This document shows, in pieces, positions 11,433 to 20,351 of a DNA stretch of 64,000 nucleotides; the stretch's first letter is position 1; each line of letters opens with the position of its first letter. Under the pieces are notes generated by a model that did no database searches, was not told the DNA's origin, and saw nothing but the letters and a program-made list of their open reading frames with translations. A program made the translations under genes and the position numbers. Where the stretch lies: positions 104 through 64,103 of the forward strand of contig JAKQCW010000129.1 in NCBI GenBank assembly GCA_029558955.1, given 5' to 3'. This stretch comes from Chloroflexota bacterium. GTDB taxonomy: Bacteria > Chloroflexota > Anaerolineae > JAAEKA01.

Positions 11433-13553
11433 GTGTCCATCATCCGCCGTCTCTCCCATCTCTCCACCGGCAAAAAAGATGCGCTGACCCTCCTGCTGAT
11501 CCTCTTGGTCGCGGCCGCGTATCGCCTCTGGCAGTTGCCCGCCATGCCCCCCGGCCTGTTCGGCGATGAGGCCGTCAACGGCTTGGATGCGCTGGATGCG
11601 CTGGCCGGCCGAGCCAGCCTCTTCTACCCTGCCAACTATGGCCGTGAGGGGCTGGCCATGTTGCTGTTCGCCGCGGGCATTCAGCTTGGCGGACCCACCG
11701 CCCTGGCGCTGCGCCTCCCCGCCGCGCTGGCTGGCATCGCCACTGCGCTGGGGAGCTACTGGCTGGGGCGGGAGCTGCTGGCCGGCACGCGCTACCGCGG
11801 CGCGCTGGTTCCGCTGTTGGCCGCCCTCTTCCTGAGCACCAGCTTCTGGCACGTCTACACCAGCCGCTACGCCGAACGGCTGATCTTCACGCCGTTGATG
11901 ACCACGCTGGCCTTCGCCGCCTTCTGGCGGGCCGCCAACCGCGCCGGCCGGCCGGCTGCCTGGCCCTGGTTTCTGCTCTCCGGCCTCTTCCTGGGGCTGA
12001 GCGTCCATTTCTACAGCATCAGCCGGCTGCTGCCGGTCTTTTTGGCGCTCTATCTGCTGGCGCAGGCCGGCTATCTGTGGCTGGCCCGGCGATCCAGGCA
12101 GTCCGACGCCATTGCTGACCCCGGTCAATCTCTGCTGCGCCGCGCCTTCTGGCCGCTGGTCGGGCTCTACGGCGTGGCGCTGCTGGTTTTTGCACCGTTG
12201 GGCCTCTACTTTCTCAGCCATCCGGGCAGCTTTGTGCAGCGCGCCCAGGTGGTCTCGGCCTTCAACCCTGAGCTCAACGGCAGCGGCGCGGGGGCGATGA
12301 TGCTCCAGGCCGGCATGGCCAACCTGCGTCAGTTCGTCGTGCCCGGCGCAGGGGACAGCGCGCCCTTCTTCAACCTGCCTGGCCGGGCGGTGTTCGATCC
12401 GCTGACGGCCGGGCTGGCTGTGGCGGGTCTGCTGCTCTGCTTGGCGCTGGTGCTGGCCGGCTGGCAGCGCCGGCGACCAGCGCCGGTCGCGGCGCAGGGC
12501 AGCAGGCTGCTCTTCCTGCTGCTCTGGTTTCCTGTCATGCTGCTGCCCGGGTTGCTGGCCGTGGATCGCTTTCCGGCGCTGCCGCGGGTGATGGGCGTGA
12601 TCCCTGGCGTCTACTTCTTTCCCGCGCTGGCGCTGGGCGAGCTGCTGATCCAGGCGCGCCGCTGGGCCGCCCGCGGTCGGCCGGCCGCGCGCTGGGCCCC
12701 CTGGCTGGCTGTGGGCTTGACGGTTTTGGCGCTGCTGATGCACGGCGGGCTGACCTGGCGCGACTATTTCCAGCGTTGGGCCCGCGCGGCCGACACCTTC
12801 GACGCGTTCGAGGGGGACATGGCCGCCGCGGCCGCCTGGATGGCCGCGCATCCGGGGCAGGAGGTCTTCCTCTCGGCCGACATCTATCGTCACCCCTCCT
12901 TCGTCTTTTTGCATCAGCAGGCGCCGCTCAGCCAGTTCTTCGACTACACAGACCCCGCGGTGCACTTCTTTGACGGTCGAGCGACGTTGCCGCTGCCGGC
13001 GCCAGGCAGCCAGGCCACCTACCTGTTCACCGCCAACGCCGGCCCTGACCCGCTGCTGGCCAGCGCGCCCGGTTGGACCGGCTGGGAGGCAGTGAACGCG
13101 GCCGAGGCTGGCGCTCCAGGGTTGACCGTGCTTCGTCTGAACGGCGATGCGGTGGATCGCAGCGGGTTCCTGCCGGCCGAGCTTTCCTTCGCCGCCGGGC
13201 CGAGCCTGATCGGCTACCGCGTCCAGCAGTTGGACGACAACGCGGCCGCCGTTCTCCTTCTGTGGGAGGTGGGCGCTCCCCAGGCTGGGCGCTATCAGGG
13301 CTTGCAGGTGCAGGTCGGCTGGCTGTCGCCCGACGGCGGCCAGCAGTTGGCCCAGGTCAGCGGCGAGCTGGCTTATCGCCCCACCGAGTGGGCGCCGGGC
13401 AGCCAGGCGCTGTCCTGGCTGGTTCTGCCGTTGACGCCTGACCAGCCGGGCGATGCCCAATTGGCGCTGCGTGTAGTCGATCTGGCCAACGGCCAGCCGC
13501 TGGCCGCCGCGGGCAGCGGCGGCGACGGCTGGGTGATCCTGTCTGGGCGCTGA
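11433..13553 (+). CDS. GT-C fold (ArnT/PMT, GT39-like) membrane glycosyltransferase
   Basis: PPGLFGDEAVNG, many TM helices, C-terminal soluble domain with YRPTEWAPG; start GTG 11433 inferred. Confidence 0.8.
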   Translation: MSIIRRLSHLSTGKKDALTLLLILLVAAAYRLWQLPAMPPGLFGDEAVNGLDALDALAGRASLFYPANYGREGLAMLLFAAGIQLGGPTALALRLPAALAGIATALGSYWLGRELLAGTRYRGALVPLLAALFLSTSFWHVYTSRYAERLIFTPLMTTLAFAAFWRAANRAGRPAAWPWFLLSGLFLGLSVHFYSISRLLPVFLALYLLAQAGYLWLARRSRQSDAIADPGQSLLRRAFWPLVGLYGVALLVFAPLGLYFLSHPGSFVQRAQVVSAFNPELNGSGAGAMMLQAGMANLRQFVVPGAGDSAPFFNLPGRAVFDPLTAGLAVAGLLLCLALVLAGWQRRRPAPVAAQGSRLLFLLLWFPVMLLPGLLAVDRFPALPRVMGVIPGVYFFPALALGELLIQARRWAARGRPAARWAPWLAVGLTVLALLMHGGLTWRDYFQRWARAADTFDAFEGDMAAAAAWMAAHPGQEVFLSADIYRHPSFVFLHQQAPLSQFFDYTDPAVHFFDGRATLPLPAPGSQATYLFTANAGPDPLLASAPGWTGWEAVNAAEAGAPGLTVLRLNGDAVDRSGFLPAELSFAAGPSLIGYRVQQLDDNAAAVLLLWEVGAPQAGRYQGLQVQVGWLSPDGGQQLAQVSGELAYRPTEWAPGSQALSWLVLPLTPDQPGDAQLALRVVDLANGQPLAAAGSGGDGWVILSGR

Positions 13554-13651
13554 CAGGCTGAGCAGGGCGGCCAGCCCGCTCCGATCGTTGCCCGCCGGCA
13601 GGCGCTGCGCCGGCCCGGCCGGCCGATGTTTGAAAACGTGAAACGTGACCC

Positions 13652-15505
13652 ATGGACATGACTTCTGACACCAGGCCGCCGCGCCGCATCTTTCTGGCTA
13701 TTCTGGCCATCTACCTGGCGCTGGCCGTGGGCTATTCGGCGATCGTCCCCCTGGGCGAGGCGCCGGATGAGGCCGATCACTACGCGTACATCGTCTATCT
13801 GGGCGTCCAGCGCGCCTTGCCGGTGGGGCCGGAGGTGACGCAGAGCAAGCATCCGCCGCTCTACCACGCCATGGCCGCAGCCCTCAGCGCCTGGACCGGG
13901 CTGGACTTCACCTTTCTGCGTTCCAACCCCGACGCGCTGCCGCTGGGGCCGGACAAACCCCCCAACTTCTTCATCCACAGCGCGCTGGAGGGCTTTCCCT
14001 GGCGCGGCGGTGCGCTGGCCATGCACCTGGCGCGGCTGCTGTCGGTGGCCCTGGGCGCGGTGACGCTGTGGGCCACATGGCGGCTGGGTCGGGAGATTTT
14101 CCCGCGCCGGCCGGCCATCGGCCTGGCAGCGGCCGCGTTTCTGGCCGGCCTGCCCGGCTTCCTCTTCATCAGCGGCTCCGTCAACAACGACAACGCGGCC
14201 GGCGCGTTGAGCGCGCTGGCCCTTCTGCTGTGCGCGGCCATCATCGGGCGCGGGCTGCGCTGGGGGCGGACGGCGCTGCTGGGGCTGGTGCTGGGCCTGG
14301 GGCTGCTGGCCAAGGTCGGCGCGCTGGCGCTCTGGCCGTTAGCGGCGCTGGCGGTGGGCGGCGCATGGTGGCTGGCGCGGCCGGCAGCTCGCGAATCTGA
14401 CGGCGGTCGGGAGCGCGTTTCCTGGCTGCTGGCGTTCGGCCATCTGGCGCTGGCCTACGGCCTGGGGCTGCTGGTGGCTGCGCCCTGGTGGCTGCGCAAC
14501 TGGCGGCTGTACGGCGACCCCTTCGGCTGGGAGCTGGTGCGGGCGACGGTCGATCAACGCCTTGGTCCCGTCGGCCTGGCCGAGGCGCTATGGCTGTTGA
14601 AAGGCTTTTTCCCCACCTTCTGGGGCCGCTTCGCCGCGGCCGGCCAGGTCTCGCTGCCGAATTGGGTGTATGCGCTGGCCGCGGTCTTCACCGTCGTCGT
14701 CATCGTCGGCGCAGTCCGTTTCCTTCTGCGCCTCCCATCAACCGTTCACCGTTCACCGTTCACCGATAACCGTTCACCGTTCACCGCTCACCATCCCTTC
14801 CCCTTCCACCTCGCCCTGCTGGCCGGCGCGCCCCTTCTCATGTTCTTCTCCATCTACCGCTACAGCGCCATTGCCCTGGGCACCGATCAGGCGCGGCTGA
14901 TGTGGCCGGCGCTGGCGGCCATGGCCGTCTGGGTGGGCATGGGGGTGATGGGGCTGGCGGACTGGATCAAAGGAGGGGAGGGAACGCGGACAGACCGCCG
15001 CGTCGTGGCGGGGTTTGCCGCGGGCATGGCGTTGTTTGGGCTGGCCGCGCTGCTGGGCGTGGCCCGGCCCGCCTATGCGCCCCCCAAGCCGGCGCTGGCG
15101 GCTGAGGCAGGTGCGGCTGCGCCGTTGGCCCGCTTCGGCGACCTGGAGTTGATCGGCGTCGAGCTGCCGCAGGCGCCTCTGACCGTGGGGCAGCCGGTTC
15201 CTGTGCGGCTGCTCTGGCGCGCGGCTGCGCCGTTGACCGACGACCTGCGGCCGGCGCTGCGCTTGGTGCACCAGGATGGCTGGCTGGCGGCGGAATGGAG
15301 CCACGCGCCGGCCGGAGGCCGTTACAGCACCGATCGCTGGCAGGTGGGCCAGGTGATCGCCGACGACTATCTGCTGCTCCCCCAGCCGGACAGCTCCGGC
15401 GCGTTTACGGTGGAGGTGGGTGTGCGCCCCTTCGGCGGGGACTGGCTGACGCCCGCTGGCGCGGCGGGGCCCTTTGCGCCGCTGGGTCAGATCAGCTATC
15501 AGTGA
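13652..15505 (+). CDS. GT-C fold membrane glycosyltransferase (DUF2142/GT39-like)
   Basis: PDEADHYAY, HPPLYH, SVNND, TFWGRF; C-terminal GRYSTDRWQVGQVIAD domain. Confidence 0.8.
   Translation: MDMTSDTRPPRRIFLAILAIYLALAVGYSAIVPLGEAPDEADHYAYIVYLGVQRALPVGPEVTQSKHPPLYHAMAAALSAWTGLDFTFLRSNPDALPLGPDKPPNFFIHSALEGFPWRGGALAMHLARLLSVALGAVTLWATWRLGREIFPRRPAIGLAAAAFLAGLPGFLFISGSVNNDNAAGALSALALLLCAAIIGRGLRWGRTALLGLVLGLGLLAKVGALALWPLAALAVGGAWWLARPAARESDGGRERVSWLLAFGHLALAYGLGLLVAAPWWLRNWRLYGDPFGWELVRATVDQRLGPVGLAEALWLLKGFFPTFWGRFAAAGQVSLPNWVYALAAVFTVVVIVGAVRFLLRLPSTVHRSPFTDNRSPFTAHHPFPFHLALLAGAPLLMFFSIYRYSAIALGTDQARLMWPALAAMAVWVGMGVMGLADWIKGGEGTRTDRRVVAGFAAGMALFGLAALLGVARPAYAPPKPALAAEAGAAAPLARFGDLELIGVELPQAPLTVGQPVPVRLLWRAAAPLTDDLRPALRLVHQDGWLAAEWSHAPAGGRYSTDRWQVGQVIADDYLLLPQPDSSGAFTVEVGVRPFGGDWLTPAGAAGPFAPLGQISYQ
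14741..14792 (+). repeat. Intragenic 7-bp tandem repeat (ACCGTTC) x7
   Basis: accgttc x3, accgata, accgttc x2, accgctc. Confidence 0.9.
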
Positions 15506-15508
15506 TTA

Positions 15509-16309
15509 TCAGGCCGCACCCTGGCCCGCTTCGGGCGCGCCGGCCGCCTTTGGCTCCATCCCCAGGCGCGAGCGGGCCGAGAAGAGCAGGATATCGCGGA
15601 TGTAGCGCCAGTAGATCATCTTGGAGTAGCCCTGGGTGCGCGGGTGCATGGTCATGGGGATCTCGGTCGCGCGTGCGCCCGTTTCCAGCAGACGCACCAG
15701 AAAGACGGGCACGAAGATGAAGGATTTCTCCTGCCAGGGCACGGTGGCAGGATCGACCTTGAGAAAAGTCTCGCTGGTGAAGGCGCGGTAGGAGGTGGTG
15801 ATCTCGGTGACGCCGTGCAGGCCCAGCGCGCCGCGCACCATCTGATTGGCGCCCACGCTGAGCACCTTGCGATACCAGGGCATGCGGTTGACGCTGCCAT
15901 CCACAAAGCGGGATCCGACCACCACGTCGTAGCCTGCTTCGATCTTGGCCAGGAAGTGCGGGATATCCTCGGGGTTGTGCTGGAAGTCGGCGTCCATCTC
16001 GATCAGCACGTCGGCCCCCAGGGCATCGATGGCATATTGGAAGCCGCGGAAGAGGCCGATGCCGATGCCCCGCTCCTGCACGTCCAGCAGATGCACGCGC
16101 GGGTTTGTCGCGGCCAGAGCGGCCACGATCTCCAGCGTGCCATCGGCCGAGTGGCTGTCGGCCACCAGCACGTGCAACTCGAACGCGTCGGTGTGGGTTT
16201 GCTCGGCCAGCGTCGCGGCGATCAGGTCTGCGATGTTTTCTTTTTCGTCGAAAGTCGGCGTGACGACGACGGCGCGGCGGGTGGCCGTTGGGCGGGTTGG
16301 GGTCATCAA
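15509..16309 (-). CDS. GT2 polyprenol-phosphate sugar (Dpm1-like) synthase
   Basis: VVTPTFDEKENI, DSHSADGT, EMDADFQHNP, DVVVGSRF, GYSKM. Confidence 0.88.
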   Translation of the reverse strand: MMTPTRPTATRRAVVVTPTFDEKENIADLIAATLAEQTHTDAFELHVLVADSHSADGTLEIVAALAATNPRVHLLDVQERGIGIGLFRGFQYAIDALGADVLIEMDADFQHNPEDIPHFLAKIEAGYDVVVGSRFVDGSVNRMPWYRKVLSVGANQMVRGALGLHGVTEITTSYRAFTSETFLKVDPATVPWQEKSFIFVPVFLVRLLETGARATEIPMTMHPRTQGYSKMIYWRYIRDILLFSARSRLGMEPKAAGAPEAGQGAA

Positions 16310-16635
16310 GTCAGTGATTGCAGGGCTGCATGGACTTGATCCAGCGACGTGGCCGTCTTGACAACCTGCTGCACAGCGCGCAGCACACTGAGATCGCTGA
16401 TTTTATAGATGCCCGGCAGCAAAAGGGTTCCCTCGACGCCGAATTTGAGTTCCAGGGCAAACTCGATGTTGGCCAGAAGGCCCTCGCGTCGCCCTTGCTC
16501 CAGGCCCTGCTGCATGCCTTGCTGCATGCCCTGCTGCATACCCTGCTGCATGCCCTGCTGTAGGCCCTGCTGTAGGCCCTGCTGCATGCCCTGCTTCAAT
16601 CCTTGTTCGACCCATTGTTCTGCAAGGGTAGCCAT
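16306..16635 (-). CDS. Nested in-frame small Rpn protein (RpnS-like antitoxin), 109 aa
   Basis: Internal AAGGAGG-7nt-ATG (MATLAEQW) in frame with rpn. Confidence 0.7.
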   Translation of the reverse strand: MATLAEQWVEQGLKQGMQQGLQQGLQQGMQQGMQQGMQQGMQQGLEQGRREGLLANIEFALELKFGVEGTLLLPGIYKISDLSVLRAVQQVVKTATSLDQVHAALQSLT

Positions 16636-17364
16636 AAGTTCGCCTCCTTCAGGAAAGGCCTGATCCACGGCCTCCCGCAAGTCCTGGGGTGTGATGCGCC
16701 TGGCGCTGACTGACACGTAGCGCAATAGCGTCTGCAGGTATTCCAGGCCGGTTTGCTGGCGGGACAGGTCGCCGAGCAACGACAACGCGTCAGCCAGGCG
16801 CGGGCCGAAGTCGTTGTGCAAGATGTGCTTGAACACCTGCAAGGTGACACGCAGTACGACCTCGCCGCGGATCTCAGCGTCATCCATGCCGGTGAGATCG
16901 CATAGCGAGTACTCGAACTCCGGCACGTAGCGGAGAAACGCGTCAGGCGCCTGCACCAACCAACGAAAGCCCGGCTTGATCTGCCAGTCGAACTCGCCGT
17001 GATAGACCACCACCGGCACGATGGCAACCAATCGGTCATACTGGCGCAGTGAATGCTCCCAAACGCGCGTCAGATAGCGCAGAAGCTGAAAGGCCACCAG
17101 CCGGTCGGCGTAGCTCTTGTGCTCGAACAGCAGGTAGACCAGCCCATCGTCGCCGTTGTGCAGCTTGAGGGTGAAGAGCAGGTCTGTGTGATGGGCCTGC
17201 AAGGCCGTGTCAATGAAGGACTCCGTGCTCAGCTCCAGCGATGCCAGATCCATGTGCTCGACCACATCGGCCGGCAGATAGTTCTGGACGAAGTCGCGCG
17301 CCATCGCCGGGTTCGACATCACCTGCTTGAAAAAGCGGTCGTGTGGGTTGACTACAGATTCCAT
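16306..17364 (-). CDS. Rpn family PD-(D/E)XK nuclease (transposase_31 / YhgA-like), long form
   Basis: HDRFFK, TDLLF, YLLFEHKS, PVVVYHG; C-terminal QQG[ML] repeats. Confidence 0.92.
   Translation of the reverse strand: MESVVNPHDRFFKQVMSNPAMARDFVQNYLPADVVEHMDLASLELSTESFIDTALQAHHTDLLFTLKLHNGDDGLVYLLFEHKSYADRLVAFQLLRYLTRVWEHSLRQYDRLVAIVPVVVYHGEFDWQIKPGFRWLVQAPDAFLRYVPEFEYSLCDLTGMDDAEIRGEVVLRVTLQVFKHILHNDFGPRLADALSLLGDLSRQQTGLEYLQTLLRYVSVSARRITPQDLREAVDQAFPEGGELMATLAEQWVEQGLKQGMQQGLQQGLQQGMQQGMQQGMQQGMQQGLEQGRREGLLANIEFALELKFGVEGTLLLPGIYKISDLSVLRAVQQVVKTATSLDQVHAALQSLT
16503..16600 (-). repeat. 12-bp tandem repeat encoding QQG[ML]
   Basis: CAGCAGGGCATG / CAGCAGGGCCTA units, about 7 copies. Confidence 0.9.
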
Positions 17365-17507
17365 GAACGGTATTGTACTCAAGTTCGTGTTTCAGGCAAT
17401 GCCGGGCAAGGACTGACGGTGCTGCTGGCGTCCGGTGTTGCTCAAAGCCCTGGCCTGTGGTACCATGCCGCCGAACGTCTCTCACGAAGACAAGGATCAC
17501 TGATCTC

Positions 17508-20351
17508 ATGCGACGCATTCATCTGTGGGCGCTTTTGCTCTACAGCCTGCTGGCCGTGCTCCTCACCTGGCCGTTGATCACGCGGATCACGACCCACGTG
17601 CCGGGCAGCGACATCTGGGCCTACGACGAATATACCTTCCTCTGGAACATCTGGTATTTCAAGCGCGCGCTGATCGACCAGCTCAGCACGCCGCTCCACA
17701 CCGACCTGATCTTCTACCCGGTGGGCATGGGGCTGGTGATGTACACCTTCAACCTGCTGGCGGCCGCGCTGGCCCTGCCCATCCACCTGGCCACCGACAA
17801 CATCCCCCTGGCCAGCAACCTGATCAATCTGGCCTCCACCGCGCTGGCCGGCTACGGCGCCTTCCTGTTGGCTCTCCACCTGCTGCGCCAGCCCCCCGTC
17901 CGCAGCGACGAGGCAACGGCGAACGGTTCGGCGCACCCGCCGGCGTTCACCATCCCCGCCGCGGCTTTCATCGCCGGCCTGATCTACGCCTTCGCCTCCA
18001 GCCGCATGGTCTACCTCGCGCTGGGGCACTACATGATCGTCACCACCCAGTGGCTGCCCTTCTTCCTGCTCTACTTCGTGCGCACCCTGGAAGGCTGGCG
18101 GACGCGCGATGCGCTCATGGCCGGCCTCTTTGCCGCGCTCTGCCTGCTGACCGACATGCTCTACGGGGTGTTGATCGCCCTGATGGCCGGCGTGCTGCTG
18201 CTGGATTGGTGGCTGGGCTATCGCCGCACGCGCAGGGCTGACGGGAGCGGCCCGGCCATCCCGCTGATGCGCCGACTGGGCCGGCTGGCGAGCATGGTCG
18301 CCGTGGCCGCCCTGCTCAGCCTGCCCCTGCTGATTCCCACCCTGCGCGAGGGGCTGAACGCCGACTACGCCGTCGAGGGCTGGGGCATGTCCGACCAGTT
18401 GAGCGCCGACCTGGTGGGCCTGGTCACGCCCACCGATCTGCATCCGCTCTGGGGCAACGACTGGGAGACCAGCCTGCGCGCGGTGCAGACCGGCGAAAGC
18501 CGTTTCAGCGACGTCAACACCGTCTTCGTGGGCTATGCGGCCCTGGCCCTGGCCCTGCTGGGCGCGGCGGTGGCCGGACGCCGGGCGCGCGGCTGGACGG
18601 CCAGCGCGCTCATCGCCTTCGTGCTGGCGCTGGGGCCGCTCTTGCAGATCAACGGCCAGTCGCGCTTCGACCTGGATGGCCTGCAGGTCAGCCTGCCGTT
18701 GCCCTACATCCTGCTGCATTACATCCCCTTCGTCAAAGGCTTCCGCGCCCCCAACCGCTTCAGCCTGGTGTTGTTGCAGGCCATGGCCGTGCTGGCCGGC
18801 TACGGCGCAGCCTGGCTGCTGGCCAAGGTTGCCGGGTCCCCGTCAGGAGATCGCCCCGAGCGGGCGCAGGGCTCCTCCCCACGCCGCACGCTTGCCATCG
18901 TCCTGACCATCCTCCTCGCCGCCGCCATCCTCTTCGAGCACCTGGCCGTGCCCATGCCGCTGACCGACGCGCGCGTGCCCGCCCCCTACCAGGACCTGGC
19001 CGCGCAGCCGGGCGACTGGACCTTGATGCAACTGCCCATGGGCTGGCGCAACGGCTTCGGCGTCTTCGGCGCGGAGGACACGCGCATCGAATGGTATCAG
19101 ACCGTCCACGGCCAGCCGATCCTCAGCGGCAACACCTCGCGCAACCCCGCCTTCAAGTTCGAGTACTTCGAGCGGCTGCCGCTGTTGCAGGCCATCACCG
19201 GCCTCGAGATGTACCAGCCGCCCGACGCGGCCACCGACCAGGCCGCGCGCGCCCAGGCGGCCGAGCTGATGGCCCTCTGGAACGTGCGCTACCTGGCGGT
19301 CAACCCGCCTGTGGCCGGCCGTTATCCCTACACAGATACCTGGCAGATGACGCAGGACTACGCGCTGGAGGTGATCCCGGTGGATCCGCAGCCGCTGTGG
19401 GACGCGGACGGCGTGCAGGTCTACGCGGTGCAGCAGGCGGATGTGCCCTTCCCCTTCGAGCTGGACCTGGGCAGCCGCAACACCGACCCCTACCGCGGCC
19501 CCGGCTGGAGCGTGGACGAGGCCGACATCGCCGGCGCCAGCGGCGTCTGGGCCGAGGGCCGCGAGGCTGAGCTCTATCTGCCGCTGCGCTTCGAGTCTCC
19601 CGCCCCGGTGGATGTTGTCCTGCGCGTTCAGCCCTTCAGCTATCCCGGCGCGCCGCAGCAGACCCTCTCCCTGGAAATGAACGGCGTGGCGTTGGGGGCG
19701 CAGCCGTTGACGGACGGCTGGCAGGAGCTGCGCTTCACCGCGCCGGCCGAGGCCACCCGCTCTGGCCTGAACCGGCTGACCCTGCGTTTCGACGGCAGCG
19801 CACGCCCCAGCGACGTGCTGCCGGGCCAGGGACTGATCGGCGCCACCGGTGTGCAGTCGCCGGTGGATATCGAGATCAACAGCGGCGGCGCGGCCCAGGA
19901 CCTGGCCTTCATCACCGTCACGACGCCAGAGGGGGCAGCGGTCGATGCGTCGGCCGGCCGGCGCGGCTACAACCTGGCGGTCATCGATCCCCAGAACGGC
20001 CAGGTGTTGGACAAACAGGGTTTCGACACCTTCGCCAACGCCTTCGAAGCTGACCGCATGGCCCAGTTCATCGACGACCTGCCCGCGGGCGTCATCGTGG
20101 CCGGCGCAGTGCGCGGCGATGCCAGCGCGGCGCTCACCGAGCGGGCGGTGCAAGCCCTGGCCAGCCTGGGCAGCGCGGTCGATCTGCGCGCCGCGCCGGG
20201 CTTCGGCCATGCCTTCGTCGGCGTCAAGGGCGCCGCGCCCGGCGCGGCCGCCGAACAGACCGGCGGCGAGGGCGCCTATCTGCGCCTGGCCGCCGACCGC
20301 CGGCCGCTCTCGGCCGCGCTGGATTGGCTGCGTCTGGAGGCGGCGCAGTGA
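17508..20351 (+). CDS. Large GT-C-type membrane protein with C-terminal ILEI/PANDER-like domain
   Basis: FLWNIW, TDLIFYPVG, SADL, FRAPNRF; C-terminal RRGYNLAVID..GQV..FDTF..VAGAVRGDAS..HAFVGVKG. Confidence 0.8.
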   Translation: MRRIHLWALLLYSLLAVLLTWPLITRITTHVPGSDIWAYDEYTFLWNIWYFKRALIDQLSTPLHTDLIFYPVGMGLVMYTFNLLAAALALPIHLATDNIPLASNLINLASTALAGYGAFLLALHLLRQPPVRSDEATANGSAHPPAFTIPAAAFIAGLIYAFASSRMVYLALGHYMIVTTQWLPFFLLYFVRTLEGWRTRDALMAGLFAALCLLTDMLYGVLIALMAGVLLLDWWLGYRRTRRADGSGPAIPLMRRLGRLASMVAVAALLSLPLLIPTLREGLNADYAVEGWGMSDQLSADLVGLVTPTDLHPLWGNDWETSLRAVQTGESRFSDVNTVFVGYAALALALLGAAVAGRRARGWTASALIAFVLALGPLLQINGQSRFDLDGLQVSLPLPYILLHYIPFVKGFRAPNRFSLVLLQAMAVLAGYGAAWLLAKVAGSPSGDRPERAQGSSPRRTLAIVLTILLAAAILFEHLAVPMPLTDARVPAPYQDLAAQPGDWTLMQLPMGWRNGFGVFGAEDTRIEWYQTVHGQPILSGNTSRNPAFKFEYFERLPLLQAITGLEMYQPPDAATDQAARAQAAELMALWNVRYLAVNPPVAGRYPYTDTWQMTQDYALEVIPVDPQPLWDADGVQVYAVQQADVPFPFELDLGSRNTDPYRGPGWSVDEADIAGASGVWAEGREAELYLPLRFESPAPVDVVLRVQPFSYPGAPQQTLSLEMNGVALGAQPLTDGWQELRFTAPAEATRSGLNRLTLRFDGSARPSDVLPGQGLIGATGVQSPVDIEINSGGAAQDLAFITVTTPEGAAVDASAGRRGYNLAVIDPQNGQVLDKQGFDTFANAFEADRMAQFIDDLPAGVIVAGAVRGDASAALTERAVQALASLGSAVDLRAAPGFGHAFVGVKGAAPGAAAEQTGGEGAYLRLAADRRPLSAALDWLRLEAAQ

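Noticed and set aside
16306-17364. Active IS element
   Set aside because: No terminal inverted repeats or target duplication seen; Rpn proteins are not shown to be transposases despite the family name
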